This document shows positions 12,474 to 22,558 of a DNA stretch of 64,000 nucleotides, one piece after another. Position numbers and translations under genes: made by a program. Below the pieces are notes generated by a model. That model was not told the origin of the DNA and did no database searches. It saw nothing but the letters and a program-made list of their open reading frames with translations. Source of the stretch: Gammaproteobacteria bacterium (GTDB lineage Bacteria; Pseudomonadota; Gammaproteobacteria; UBA4575); assembly GCA_965223115.1 (NCBI GenBank), contig OZ244982.1, positions 601,128 through 665,127 on the forward strand, read 5' to 3'. Each line of letters begins with the position of its first letter. Position 1 is the first letter of the stretch.

Positions 12474-13292
12474 GTGAGCGAAAATAAAAAAGAAGTCATC
12501 CATACAAAAATATGGAACGAAGCACCTGAGCTAGATAATCCGTTTGCAGCAAAAACATGTTACTGCGCTGGGTATGATGTATATGGTGATCTTCTCGGTA
12601 AGATTAGTTGGGCTGAATATATATACTTATTATTTAAACTAGAAAGGCCAACTAAAGAGCAAGCCAAATTTCTTGAAGCGATTGCAATTGCAATAGCCAA
12701 TCCCGGTATACGCGATCACAGTGTTCGAGCAGCAATGAATGCTGGCGTAGGAGGGTCTACTTCTGCATCTGCTTTAATGGCTGCACTTGCAGTTGGTGCT
12801 GGACAGTATGGTGGTGCACGAGAAGTTTATTCAGTAATGCAGTGCTGGCAAGACTGTGAACAAAATATACAACAGTGGGAACATCGTATTACTAATCCTT
12901 TAGTTGAAGAACGGGCTGATGTATGGACTGCTATTGAACACCCACCTGGATTTGACCCGAATGGTGTCAGCTGCTCAACTCCTATTCGACAAACATTAGA
13001 CTACTTGGGTAGTCTGACAGAAGCAGATTCAAATTTGTGTTGGCTAAATGCAAACAGAGTTAGATTAGAAAAAGCTGCAAACTTTCCTTTATCAATGACG
13101 TGTGTGATCGCAACAGCCTGTGTTGATTTAAAATTTACACCACAACAAGGCGAAATGCTTTTTTTGTTTTTTCGTCTGCCAGGGGCTGCAGTACATGCAT
13201 TAGAACAAAAGCAATATGGATGGCGTAAATATCCATTTTTTGGTGATGGTTTGAAATTACAAGACGATCCAGGTCCTCAAAACCACAATTGA
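12474..13292 (+). CDS. citrate synthase / citryl-CoA lyase family protein (partial-domain homolog 1)
   Basis: The segment IRDHSVRAAMNAGVGGSTSASALMAALAVGAGQYGGA resembles the citrate synthase HEQNASTST...GPLHGGA region. Confidence 0.5.
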   Translation: MSENKKEVIHTKIWNEAPELDNPFAAKTCYCAGYDVYGDLLGKISWAEYIYLLFKLERPTKEQAKFLEAIAIAIANPGIRDHSVRAAMNAGVGGSTSASALMAALAVGAGQYGGAREVYSVMQCWQDCEQNIQQWEHRITNPLVEERADVWTAIEHPPGFDPNGVSCSTPIRQTLDYLGSLTEADSNLCWLNANRVRLEKAANFPLSMTCVIATACVDLKFTPQQGEMLFLFFRLPGAAVHALEQKQYGWRKYPFFGDGLKLQDDPGPQNHN

Positions 13293-13310
13293 AATTGTTT
13301 AATAATTTTT

Positions 13311-14111
13311 ATGAAAAAAAAATCCCCGTTACTAGAGTATGAAGATAATTGGGTTACTTCATTAGGTGCTTGGTTTCCAGGTGAGAGGGTTGTTTTTCGA
13401 GGTAAAGATTTATTTACTGAGCTCGCTGATACAAATTGGATGGGCTTGTTGTTATATGGAATAACGGGGCGAGAATTTACAAAAGAACAAATACAATTAT
13501 TTGAAACTTTATGGGCACTCGCTGTTAGCTATCCTGATCCTAGGCTCTGGAATAATAGAATTGCTGCACTAGCTGGTACAGTCAGAAGCACTGCGGGTTT
13601 AGCGAGTTCAGGTGCGTGTTCTATTTCTGAAGCAAAAATTTATGGTGGGCGTGCAAATGTTTCCGCAGTTGATTTTATTATTCAAGCTAGAAAGCTTGTA
13701 GAAGAAGGTCAATCATTAAAGGAAATAATAAAAAATGAGCTCAAACAAAGAAGAGTTGTAGCGGGATATGGCAGACCTATAATCGACGTTGATGAAAGAA
13801 ATGAGCCGATACTAAAAATTGCTAGGAAATTAGGTTTTGGTGAAGGCCCACATCTTGTTCTTGCGCTAGAAGTTGAAAAAATACTTTCGGAAGGGAGATG
13901 GAGAATGAAGATGAACGTTACTGGGCTTGCAGCGGCCTTGGGTGCTGATCAAGGACTGTCTACAAGAGAGTACTATCATTGGTGTGTAAATTGTTTTTTG
14001 GCCGGCATAGTTCCATGCTTTGTAGATGCAATGATACATAGGGAAGGTGCTTTTTTCCCTTTATCCTGTCATCATGTTTCATATGAAGGGGCAGAAAATC
14101 TTAAATGGTAA
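13311..14111 (+). CDS. citrate synthase / citryl-CoA lyase family protein (partial-domain homolog 2)
   Basis: GYGRPIIDVDERNEPILKIARKLGF resembles the citrate synthase GFGHRVYKNYDPRA active-site region. It sits 18 nt after the previous ORF. Confidence 0.5.
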   Translation: MKKKSPLLEYEDNWVTSLGAWFPGERVVFRGKDLFTELADTNWMGLLLYGITGREFTKEQIQLFETLWALAVSYPDPRLWNNRIAALAGTVRSTAGLASSGACSISEAKIYGGRANVSAVDFIIQARKLVEEGQSLKEIIKNELKQRRVVAGYGRPIIDVDERNEPILKIARKLGFGEGPHLVLALEVEKILSEGRWRMKMNVTGLAAALGADQGLSTREYYHWCVNCFLAGIVPCFVDAMIHREGAFFPLSCHHVSYEGAENLKW

Positions 14112-14382
14112 TTCTACTGTAAAGCTGCTGCTTATTTTAGTTTAATAAATATTGTCCATTAGTCTATTAATTTATACCGTTGGCATTGAATATTATTTGA
14201 TCCACGGTATTAAATGACCGACACATTTTCCCTTATTTTTTACGTAACTCCTTAAAATAACGTGTATTAATTATAAATGCTTCGCAAGAAATGCGAGGCT
14301 AACACTTGCTTGTTTTATTTAGCTTTCTGTAAGTAAGAGTTACAAGTGAAAAATATTCATGTAAGACATAAGGAGTGTCAGC

Positions 14383-16491
14383 ATGCGTTTATTTAGTAAT
14401 ACTGAATTTTTAAAGTTATTTAATGGAATAACTTTGTTAAAAATAATTATTTTACATTCAATATCAGTTACTGCTTCACTTGCAGATTATGATGAAGAGG
14501 AAGCGCTTATTGAATTATATGGCGATGAGGAAACTATTAGTATCGCTACAGGTAGTGCTCAACCTATTTCACGTGCCCCAGCTGTTGCTAGTGTTATAAC
14601 TGCTGAAGATATAAAAGAAATTGGTGCAACCGATATCGATGAGGTGCTGGAAACCGTACCAGGATTACATGTGGCTAGAACAAATATAGGATATAACCCG
14701 ATATACACTTTTCGTGGCATACACACAGCGTTCAATCCACAGGTTTTGATATTAGTAAATGGAATTTCTATTAATAATTTGTTTCAAGGTGATCGTAATT
14801 TAGTGTGGGGCGGTTTTCCTGTTGAATCGATTTCTCGTATCGAAGTAATACGTGGGCCTGGATCAGCCGTTTATGGTGCAGATGCTTTTGCGGGAGTAAT
14901 TAACATTATTACAAAGCAGGCAAATGAGATTGATGGTGTAGAAGCTGGTTCACGGATTGGAAGTTTTGATACTCAAGAGGTTTGGGCCTTGTATGGAGGT
15001 AATGTTGGTGGTTTTGATGTAGCGTTTTCTGCGGAGTTTCGTGATACCGATGGGCAAGATGAGGATATCAATGCTGATGTGGCCACACCGCAAGGTACAT
15101 CTTTAGCGCCTGGGTCAGTAAACACGGGTTCGGAAAATTTAGATTTACGGCTTGATGTTAAGAGAGGAAACATACAATTTAGAACAGGTTTACAAAGACG
15201 TAGAGATACTGAGACGGGTGCTGGTATTGCACAAGCATTAGATCCAAATGGGACCTATGAAAGTGATCGTTGGAATGCTGATCTCACTTATCATAATCCT
15301 GAATTCACGGATACATTGGACGTTAAGGCTCAGTTTAGTTTCTTTAATACAAGTCAAGAAACTGATGAAGATACAATTTTGTTTCCAGCAGGCTCATTTT
15401 TACCTGGTCCGATTGGGCCATTCCCAGATGGTGTTATAGGTAATGCTGAAGTTTGGGAAAGGCATTGGCGGTATAATCTAACAGGTTTGTTCTCAGGATT
15501 TAATAAACACCAAATCAGGTTAGGTGCTGGATATAATCACAGTGAAATATATCGAGTAGAAGAAGAAAAGAACTTTGGATTGGATGCAAATGGTGCTTTT
15601 ATCATTCCCGGTAGTCCTCCAGTAGATGTGAGTGATTCACCATTTGTATTTTTGCCAGAAAAACATAGAAATAATTCTTTTGCGTTTATACAAGACGTTT
15701 GGCAAATCAGTAATGATTGGGAATTAACGGCAGGTTTGCGGTATGACGATTATAATGACTTTGGCAATACCTGGAATCCACGTTTAGCGTTAGTTTGGGC
15801 AGCACGTCATGACTTAACTGCAAAGCTGCTATATGGACAAGCATTTAGAGCCCCATCTTTTGCAGAGTTTAGAAACCAGAACAATCCAGTTGCAGTTGGT
15901 AATACTGAACTCGACCCTGAAGAAATTGAAACAATCGAGCTTGCTTTTGATTATAGGCCTAAAGATAACTTGAAACTTGGTTTAAATTTATTTAGGTATG
16001 AGTGGGACGATATTATAAGGTTTACTCCTGTTGCAACAAATATCGGCGAGCAAGAAGGCTATGGTGCTGAGTTTGAATTTGATTGGCAAGTTAATCGTTC
16101 CTTTAATCTAGTTGGAAACTATGCGTATCAAAATTCTGAAGATGAGGCAACAGATGAGGATTCCGGAAACGCACCTAAACACCAATTTTATGTAAGAGCC
16201 GATTGGGAATTTTTGCCTGATTGGCATGTTACACCCCAATGGAATTTTGTTATGGATCGTGAGCGTGTTGAGGGAGATGCGCGTAGTGATATTGATGATT
16301 ATGATATTTTTGATTTAACCATTCGCAGCAAAGCATTCAGTAATCGTTGGGAAGTTGCTTTATCTGCTAGAAACTTATTTAACAAACGTGCTTTTGAGCC
16401 AAGTCTGAATAGCGCATTTGGTCCAGCAATCCCAGGTGATTTGCCATTGGCTAGAAGAAGTGTTTGGGGGGAATTGCGATTTAATTATTAA
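14383..16491 (+). CDS. TonB-dependent outer-membrane receptor
   Basis: AGGAG RBS, signal peptide, plug domain (DIDEVLETVPGLHV, FRGI), long beta-barrel, C-terminal ...LRFNY. Confidence 0.85.
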   Translation: MRLFSNTEFLKLFNGITLLKIIILHSISVTASLADYDEEEALIELYGDEETISIATGSAQPISRAPAVASVITAEDIKEIGATDIDEVLETVPGLHVARTNIGYNPIYTFRGIHTAFNPQVLILVNGISINNLFQGDRNLVWGGFPVESISRIEVIRGPGSAVYGADAFAGVINIITKQANEIDGVEAGSRIGSFDTQEVWALYGGNVGGFDVAFSAEFRDTDGQDEDINADVATPQGTSLAPGSVNTGSENLDLRLDVKRGNIQFRTGLQRRRDTETGAGIAQALDPNGTYESDRWNADLTYHNPEFTDTLDVKAQFSFFNTSQETDEDTILFPAGSFLPGPIGPFPDGVIGNAEVWERHWRYNLTGLFSGFNKHQIRLGAGYNHSEIYRVEEEKNFGLDANGAFIIPGSPPVDVSDSPFVFLPEKHRNNSFAFIQDVWQISNDWELTAGLRYDDYNDFGNTWNPRLALVWAARHDLTAKLLYGQAFRAPSFAEFRNQNNPVAVGNTELDPEEIETIELAFDYRPKDNLKLGLNLFRYEWDDIIRFTPVATNIGEQEGYGAEFEFDWQVNRSFNLVGNYAYQNSEDEATDEDSGNAPKHQFYVRADWEFLPDWHVTPQWNFVMDRERVEGDARSDIDDYDIFDLTIRSKAFSNRWEVALSARNLFNKRAFEPSLNSAFGPAIPGDLPLARRSVWGELRFNY

Positions 16492-16543
16492 ACTATCTTA
16501 AGTAAGGAAAAAATAAGAATTAACAAATAAATTAAATAGTTCA

Positions 16544-17530
16544 ATGTTAACTACTCGCCATATTTTAAAATTGGCAAGCACTTTATATTTAAAGCAGCGC
16601 GATTTTATTAAAACAGTGTTGTGTAGTGTTGCAGTTATTTTTTCTTTGTCTGCGTATTCATCTACTCCTTCAGTTGCTGTGATCTATCCAGAATTACGAG
16701 CCCCATTCAATAAAATTTTTACAGATATGGCAGATGGTGTCGAAAAAGAAATTAATGGGAGCACAGTCCGCTATATATTGAAAAAAGATTATTCACCACA
16801 ACAACTAAATCAGTGGATGAATGAAAATAATATTCAAGCTTGTGTGGCACTTGGTGTTAGAGGTGAAAAGGCCACTTCTGCATTAGAAAAAGATATCCCC
16901 ATTATTTTAGGTGGTATGCTTGCGCCAAAGTCTAATTCTGATTTGCGACCTGGAATCTCATTGGCTCCATCCCCAGATAAATTATTTGAAAAACTAAAAA
17001 TTATTAAGCCTGATGCCCGTGAAGTGATTGTTGTTTATAACCCAAAGAAAACTACTTGGTTGATTCAAAAAGCACAAGTAGCAGCGGTTAAACACCAGCT
17101 TAAGTTAGTAACTTATACAACAATGAGTCTTTCAGAGTCAGCGAAAATTTATCGTGAAATATTTAAGCGTAAAAATATAGCTGATGTAGGTATTTGGTTA
17201 CCGCCAGATCCGACGTCTGTAGATAATAAAGCCGTATTATCTTTTATTCTTGATCAAGCTTGGAGAAAAAATATAACAGTATTCTCCAGTAGCCTTGCTC
17301 ACGTAAATAAAGGTGTCTTGTTTGCAATGTATCCAGACAATATCAGGTTGGGTCAGAGTTTAGGTAAGGTGGCATTAAATGAATTGAATAAGAGTACTGA
17401 TCAATATAAAGGAATTGTACCGGTTACTGATTTGCTAACAGCTTTCAATCGTAGAACTGCAGAACATTTAGGTATAAATGTCACAAGTACAGAACTTAGG
17501 AGTTATGACGCTGTTTTTCCGTCAAAGTAA
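16544..17530 (+). CDS. ABC-transporter-substrate-binding-like periplasmic protein (ABC_sub_bind family), probable sensing partner of the downstream sensor
   Basis: 328 aa with a signal peptide, periplasmic-binding-protein fold features, and only 6 nt upstream of the multidomain sensor gene. Confidence 0.55.
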   Translation: MLTTRHILKLASTLYLKQRDFIKTVLCSVAVIFSLSAYSSTPSVAVIYPELRAPFNKIFTDMADGVEKEINGSTVRYILKKDYSPQQLNQWMNENNIQACVALGVRGEKATSALEKDIPIILGGMLAPKSNSDLRPGISLAPSPDKLFEKLKIIKPDAREVIVVYNPKKTTWLIQKAQVAAVKHQLKLVTYTTMSLSESAKIYREIFKRKNIADVGIWLPPDPTSVDNKAVLSFILDQAWRKNITVFSSSLAHVNKGVLFAMYPDNIRLGQSLGKVALNELNKSTDQYKGIVPVTDLLTAFNRRTAEHLGINVTSTELRSYDAVFPSK

Positions 17531-17536
17531 GTTGTT

Positions 17537-20500
17537 ATGAGTTTTTTTAATTATATTAAAGATAGATATTCAGGCGGTTTTAAAGAGCAGCTTATTGTTA
17601 TATTTGTAATTAGTATTATTGCAAGTACAGCAATATCAACCTATTTAATTTCTACATTTTCTAGCAAAAAAGTGGAACAAACTCTTGTCTCTGAAGGATT
17701 TCAATTAACAAAAGATTTTGCAGACCGCAATACACTTACTTTGTTATATCTTAGTAAGGAAAGTGCTAAAGAAACTGTACAAGCAATTAAGAATTATCCA
17801 GAGGTGGAGGGAGTTGGAATTTATGATGTAGAAAAACAGCCGTTAATAGAAGATGGTGGACATACAATCTCTAAAGATGTAGATGTATGGCCATTAGAGA
17901 CAATGCTGATAAAAGAAACCGATGCAACTTGGTATTTTGTTTCTCCGGTTTTTGCAAGTGAAGAAGAGAGTGTAATTGCTGGCCCGCAATTTTTCGAAGA
18001 AGAGATAGAAAAGGAGCTACTGGGGTACGTTAGAGTATACATAAGTAAAAATACCTTACATGCATTAGAGAAAAGTATATTCAATATAAACTTATTTGTT
18101 TCATTGTTGGTATCTGTGGTCTTGGTGTTCTTGTTATTAGCGGTTACAGACCGTGTTACTAAACCTTTAAATAGTCTAGCTAATTTAATGCGTGATGCAG
18201 AAGAAGGTGACTTAAATGTGCGTGCAAAAATATGGGGTACTAATGATATAACTGCTATGCAAAGTGCATTTAATACTATGATGCATGCATTAGCAGATCG
18301 TGAAGAGAAATTAGAGTCTGCACGCAGTGCGGCATTGGAATATGCGCATGCTAAAGGTGAGTTTGCAGCTAATGTAAGTCATGAATTAAGAACCCCTCTA
18401 AATGGAATTTTGGGTATGCTTGAAATTCTTAATGAAACAGATTTAAGCCCTAAGCAAAAAGAATATGTGTCAGTTGCGCATAATTCTGGTGATGCGTTGT
18501 TGGCTTTGATCGATGATATTTTAAGTTTCTCAAAAATTGATTCTGGCAAAGTCCAATTCGAAGCGGATACATTGAATATTCGGGAAACACTAGATGATAT
18601 TATCGGTATTTTGGCGAGTCAGATACAAACAAAAGATTTAGATCTTGGCTATGTAGTAGAAAAAGATGTACCAGCAAGTGTACAAGGAGATGCTAGCCGA
18701 ATTAGACAATTGCTTATTAATTTAGCAGGCAACGCAGTTAAATTTACAGAAAAAGGAGAAATAGGATTTCGAGTATCAAATGTTACAAATGGTGGTAAAA
18801 ATTTAAAATTACGTTTTGAGGTAACTGATACAGGTGTCGGAATTTCTGAAGAAGCACAAGCTAAAGTATTTGAAGCATTTCAACAAGCGGATGCATCAAC
18901 TACGAAACAGTTTGGTGGAACAGGACTGGGCTTAGCTATATGTAGACAACTTGTTGAAGTTATGCACGGCAAGATTGGCGTAGAAAGCCGTTTAGGTGAA
19001 GGTAGTATTTTCTGGTTTGAATTGCCGTTTAAAGACAGCATATCAAAAGCACAAGAAGAATCTAGTACTCAAGCTAGGGCAACAGGTCTGAAAATATTTG
19101 TTATAGATGATAGTGAAGTCATTCGTGCCAATTTGCAGCAAACATTTGAAAGTTGGGGGGCTACTGTTATAAGTACTTCAAATAGTAAAGATGCGCAAGA
19201 GATCTTGAGAGAAGCCACAAAAACGCAAGCATCATTTGACGTGGCATTCATAGATGAATTAATGCCAGATAAAAATGGCATAGAGTTGATTATAAGCATC
19301 TCTAAAGATGAGTATATTTCTCCAATGAAATTAGTATTGATGACAAATCAGCAAAATCCTGATGCATTTGTTGAGCGTTTTAGAGAAATTGACACTTATG
19401 TTAAGAAACCAATCCGACAATTAAATTTATATAATTGCATTGTAGATTTAATAAAAGTGCCTGCAGCTGAATATATCAAACATGAAAAGACTGCTATAGC
19501 ACCGGTTAAAAGGATTAAAAAATTCGATGCCACAATATTAGTGGTAGAAGATAACCGTGCGAATCAACAAGTTGTACAAGCAATGCTTGAACGTCTTGGT
19601 TGCAGATGTTCTATAGCGTCAAACGGATTTGAAGCATTAAATTTATTAGAGACAACTAAATATGATGCAGTATTCATGGACTGTAATATGCCGGGTATGG
19701 ATGGCTATGAAGCGACACAAAAAATTAGAAAATTTAAAACAGAGGTTGCGCAAATTCCTATCATTGCTATGACTGCAAATGTTCTTGATGGAGATCGAGA
19801 AAAATGTATTCAGGCTGGTATGGATGATTACACTTCAAAACCAATAAAATTGAATGTGCTAGTAGAAAAATTAGAGCGCTGGCTAGATGTTTCGCAAGAT
19901 ATTGAAATAGAACAAGAAATAGAAAAAACATTAGTTAGTCAAATTATCGAAGGAACAAGTGATAATAGCAGTGTAATTGATCATGCTGTAATTGCTGAAT
20001 TGAGAGAGAATTTAGTCGATGGATTTAACGATATGGTTGAAGCCTATTTAGAAGACTTGGGGATTCTGTTGCGATCGCTTGAAAAAAGCGTTCTAGAAAA
20101 AGATGCGAGTAAACTTACGCACTATGCACATACTATTAAAGGTAGTAGTTCCAATTTTGGTGCAAATAAATTGTCTTATATTGCTAAACAGCTTGAAGAT
20201 ATGGGGCGTAACGAATCAATGGAATCATCCCGTGAGCTTGTGCAAGTTTTATTTACCGAGGCAGATCTTGTTACTGATGAGCTAAAGAAAGAACTCAATT
20301 TGTTTAAGGACGACACATTGCTTAGACATCGTGATGTAGAACGAATTCTTATTGCTGATGATGATAGGAGCATGCGTGTAGCATTACAAAACGTACTTTC
20401 AGCAGATGGTTATGAGATCGAAGCAGTGTCAGATGGTATAGATGCGGTATCAAGGTGTGAGAAAAACATGCCTAATCTTATTCTTCTTGATGCGCTTATG

Positions 20501-22051
20501 CCTAACTTAAATGGCTTTGAGGCATGTAAAAAAATACGCATGTTAAGAGGCAGCAGTCATGTGCCGATTCTTATTGTTACTGCTTTAGACGATGAAAAAT
20601 CTATCGAGCAAGCATTTGACTCAGGTGCTACAGATTACATTCCCAAACCAATTCATTTCGCAGTGATGCGACAGCGAATATCTAGATTGTTAAAAGCTAG
20701 TCGTGCAGAAGTACATGTTCGTGAACTTGCATACAATGATTCACTCACAGGTTTACCTAACCGAACAATGTTTATTGATCAAATGCAAAAGTCACTTAAG
20801 AAAGTGCGACGAAGTTCGGAAATTCTTGCAGTGATGTTTTTAGATTTAGATCGGTTTAAATATGTAAATGACACATTAGGTCATAATGTTGGTGACATGT
20901 TATTGAAATCAGTTGCCGAACGCATAGTAAGTTGTGTTCGTACTGGCGATACTGTTGCGCGTTTAGGCGGCGATGAATTCACCTTAGTGTTAGATGGTAT
21001 AGAAGATCGTAGTATCGTGGCGAATATTGCAGATAAGATATGTCGAAAACTTGGAGAGCCATATTCATTTGCAGGAAGAGAAATCTATGTAACAGCAAGT
21101 ATTGGTATCTCACTGCATCCACAAGATGGTAACGATATTGGTGTGTTAATGAAACGAGCTGACACAGCAATGTTTAGGGCTAAAGAACGCGGTGGTAGCT
21201 ATCAGTTTTATGAGAAAGAAATGGAAGTAGTCGTTACTAATAAAGCTGAGATTGAGCAGGATTTACGTCATTCTCTTGAGAGAGAAGAACTAGATGTGTA
21301 CTACCAGCCAAAATATGATTTAAAAAGATCAAAAATTTATGGCATGGAAGCATTAGTTCGTTGGAACCATCCTGATAAAGGATTAGTAAGTCCAGGTGAC
21401 TTTATCCCATTGGCCGAAGAAACAGGTTTAATTTCTGAAGTAGGTTTATGGGTATTAATCAGTGCGTGTGTTCAAATGCAAAGGTGGATTGATAAAGGGT
21501 ATGAACCAATGCCTGTTTCAGTAAATCTTTCTGGAAGGCAATTAGAAAACACTGACATTGCTGCACAAATTGCACATGTTCTCGCGCATTCAGGGCTCAG
21601 TCCAGAGTATTTAGAATTAGAGATAACTGAAAGCACAATAATGAAGCGACCTGAAGAAGTAATTTCTATATTGCATCAACTAAAAGCAATGGGAGTAAAA
21701 CTTTCTATTGATGATTTTGGTACAGGTTATTCGTCGTTAAATTATTTGCGTAAATTCCCAATTGATTTATTAAAAATTGATGCAGCGTTTATAAGAGATA
21801 TTACAGAAAATAATGAAGACAGATTAATTGTTAAAGGGATTATTGCACTTGCAAAAAGCTTAAATTTAAAAGTGTTAGCAGAAGGGGTGGAGACAAGAAA
21901 GCAACAAGACTTGCTGATCGAAGAAGGCTGTGACTATATTCAAGGTTTTTATATTGGCAGGCCATTGAAATGCATGGATTTTGAACGGCAGTTTATTTTG
22001 GCAGATCGCTCAAATGTAGAAGTATTATCTAATTTCCGGCAAAAGCAATAA
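17537..22051 (+). CDS. hybrid sensor histidine kinase / diguanylate cyclase-phosphodiesterase: TM-HAMP-HisKA-HATPase-REC-REC-Hpt-REC-GGDEF-EAL
   Basis: H-box SHELRTPLNGI, HATPase G-boxes (DTGVGI, GGTGLGLAI), three receiver segments with D/K motifs, an Hpt histidine (HTIKGSS), GGDEF motif (RLGGDEF) and EAL motif (EALVRW ... QGFY). Confidence 0.85.
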   Translation: MSFFNYIKDRYSGGFKEQLIVIFVISIIASTAISTYLISTFSSKKVEQTLVSEGFQLTKDFADRNTLTLLYLSKESAKETVQAIKNYPEVEGVGIYDVEKQPLIEDGGHTISKDVDVWPLETMLIKETDATWYFVSPVFASEEESVIAGPQFFEEEIEKELLGYVRVYISKNTLHALEKSIFNINLFVSLLVSVVLVFLLLAVTDRVTKPLNSLANLMRDAEEGDLNVRAKIWGTNDITAMQSAFNTMMHALADREEKLESARSAALEYAHAKGEFAANVSHELRTPLNGILGMLEILNETDLSPKQKEYVSVAHNSGDALLALIDDILSFSKIDSGKVQFEADTLNIRETLDDIIGILASQIQTKDLDLGYVVEKDVPASVQGDASRIRQLLINLAGNAVKFTEKGEIGFRVSNVTNGGKNLKLRFEVTDTGVGISEEAQAKVFEAFQQADASTTKQFGGTGLGLAICRQLVEVMHGKIGVESRLGEGSIFWFELPFKDSISKAQEESSTQARATGLKIFVIDDSEVIRANLQQTFESWGATVISTSNSKDAQEILREATKTQASFDVAFIDELMPDKNGIELIISISKDEYISPMKLVLMTNQQNPDAFVERFREIDTYVKKPIRQLNLYNCIVDLIKVPAAEYIKHEKTAIAPVKRIKKFDATILVVEDNRANQQVVQAMLERLGCRCSIASNGFEALNLLETTKYDAVFMDCNMPGMDGYEATQKIRKFKTEVAQIPIIAMTANVLDGDREKCIQAGMDDYTSKPIKLNVLVEKLERWLDVSQDIEIEQEIEKTLVSQIIEGTSDNSSVIDHAVIAELRENLVDGFNDMVEAYLEDLGILLRSLEKSVLEKDASKLTHYAHTIKGSSSNFGANKLSYIAKQLEDMGRNESMESSRELVQVLFTEADLVTDELKKELNLFKDDTLLRHRDVERILIADDDRSMRVALQNVLSADGYEIEAVSDGIDAVSRCEKNMPNLILLDALMPNLNGFEACKKIRMLRGSSHVPILIVTALDDEKSIEQAFDSGATDYIPKPIHFAVMRQRISRLLKASRAEVHVRELAYNDSLTGLPNRTMFIDQMQKSLKKVRRSSEILAVMFLDLDRFKYVNDTLGHNVGDMLLKSVAERIVSCVRTGDTVARLGGDEFTLVLDGIEDRSIVANIADKICRKLGEPYSFAGREIYVTASIGISLHPQDGNDIGVLMKRADTAMFRAKERGGSYQFYEKEMEVVVTNKAEIEQDLRHSLEREELDVYYQPKYDLKRSKIYGMEALVRWNHPDKGLVSPGDFIPLAEETGLISEVGLWVLISACVQMQRWIDKGYEPMPVSVNLSGRQLENTDIAAQIAHVLAHSGLSPEYLELEITESTIMKRPEEVISILHQLKAMGVKLSIDDFGTGYSSLNYLRKFPIDLLKIDAAFIRDITENNEDRLIVKGIIALAKSLNLKVLAEGVETRKQQDLLIEEGCDYIQGFYIGRPLKCMDFERQFILADRSNVEVLSNFRQKQ

Positions 22052-22558
22052 AAGTGTATAAATTTTAACCGGAAATTCTATTCTCAAAATAATATTCACC
22101 TTCCATTATTAAGCTAAAAATAAGCCATTCAATTAGCAAATACCTTGTTTTGTGTATGGCTCAGGCTAATTAATGCGCAATTCTAAAGGATTACAATCTA
22201 AATAGAGGCGTAAAGAGAACATGATTCAGAAAATTAGTAGTGGGCTTTCCATATAATTCAGTATTATGTATAAATAACAAATTGCATACACAAAGGCTTG
22301 CAAAGTATTGGTTTGCTGGTGTAGTTTAGCCATCTTGTCTAGAACTGTTGGACAGTACCTATTACTACTCAGCAGTGTTGCAAAAAAAGAATATAATAAC
22401 TTGTGCATAAAAGTTAATTTATACTAAGCACTGACAATAAATAGCATAGGTTAATACCTGATGCTGCTAGTTAATTAGAATTATAAGCTAGTAAATAAAA
22501 ATACTTGCATTTTTGTCAGAACAAACAGATGGAGCGAATAGGGGTTTGAATTTTTAGC

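Noticed and set aside
22300..22340. GCAAA-n7-TTTGC inverted repeat upstream of the acyl-CoA ligase as a regulator-binding site
   Set aside because: It is short and AT-rich, and such a match is expected by chance in a 500-bp AT-rich spacer. Not enough to call.
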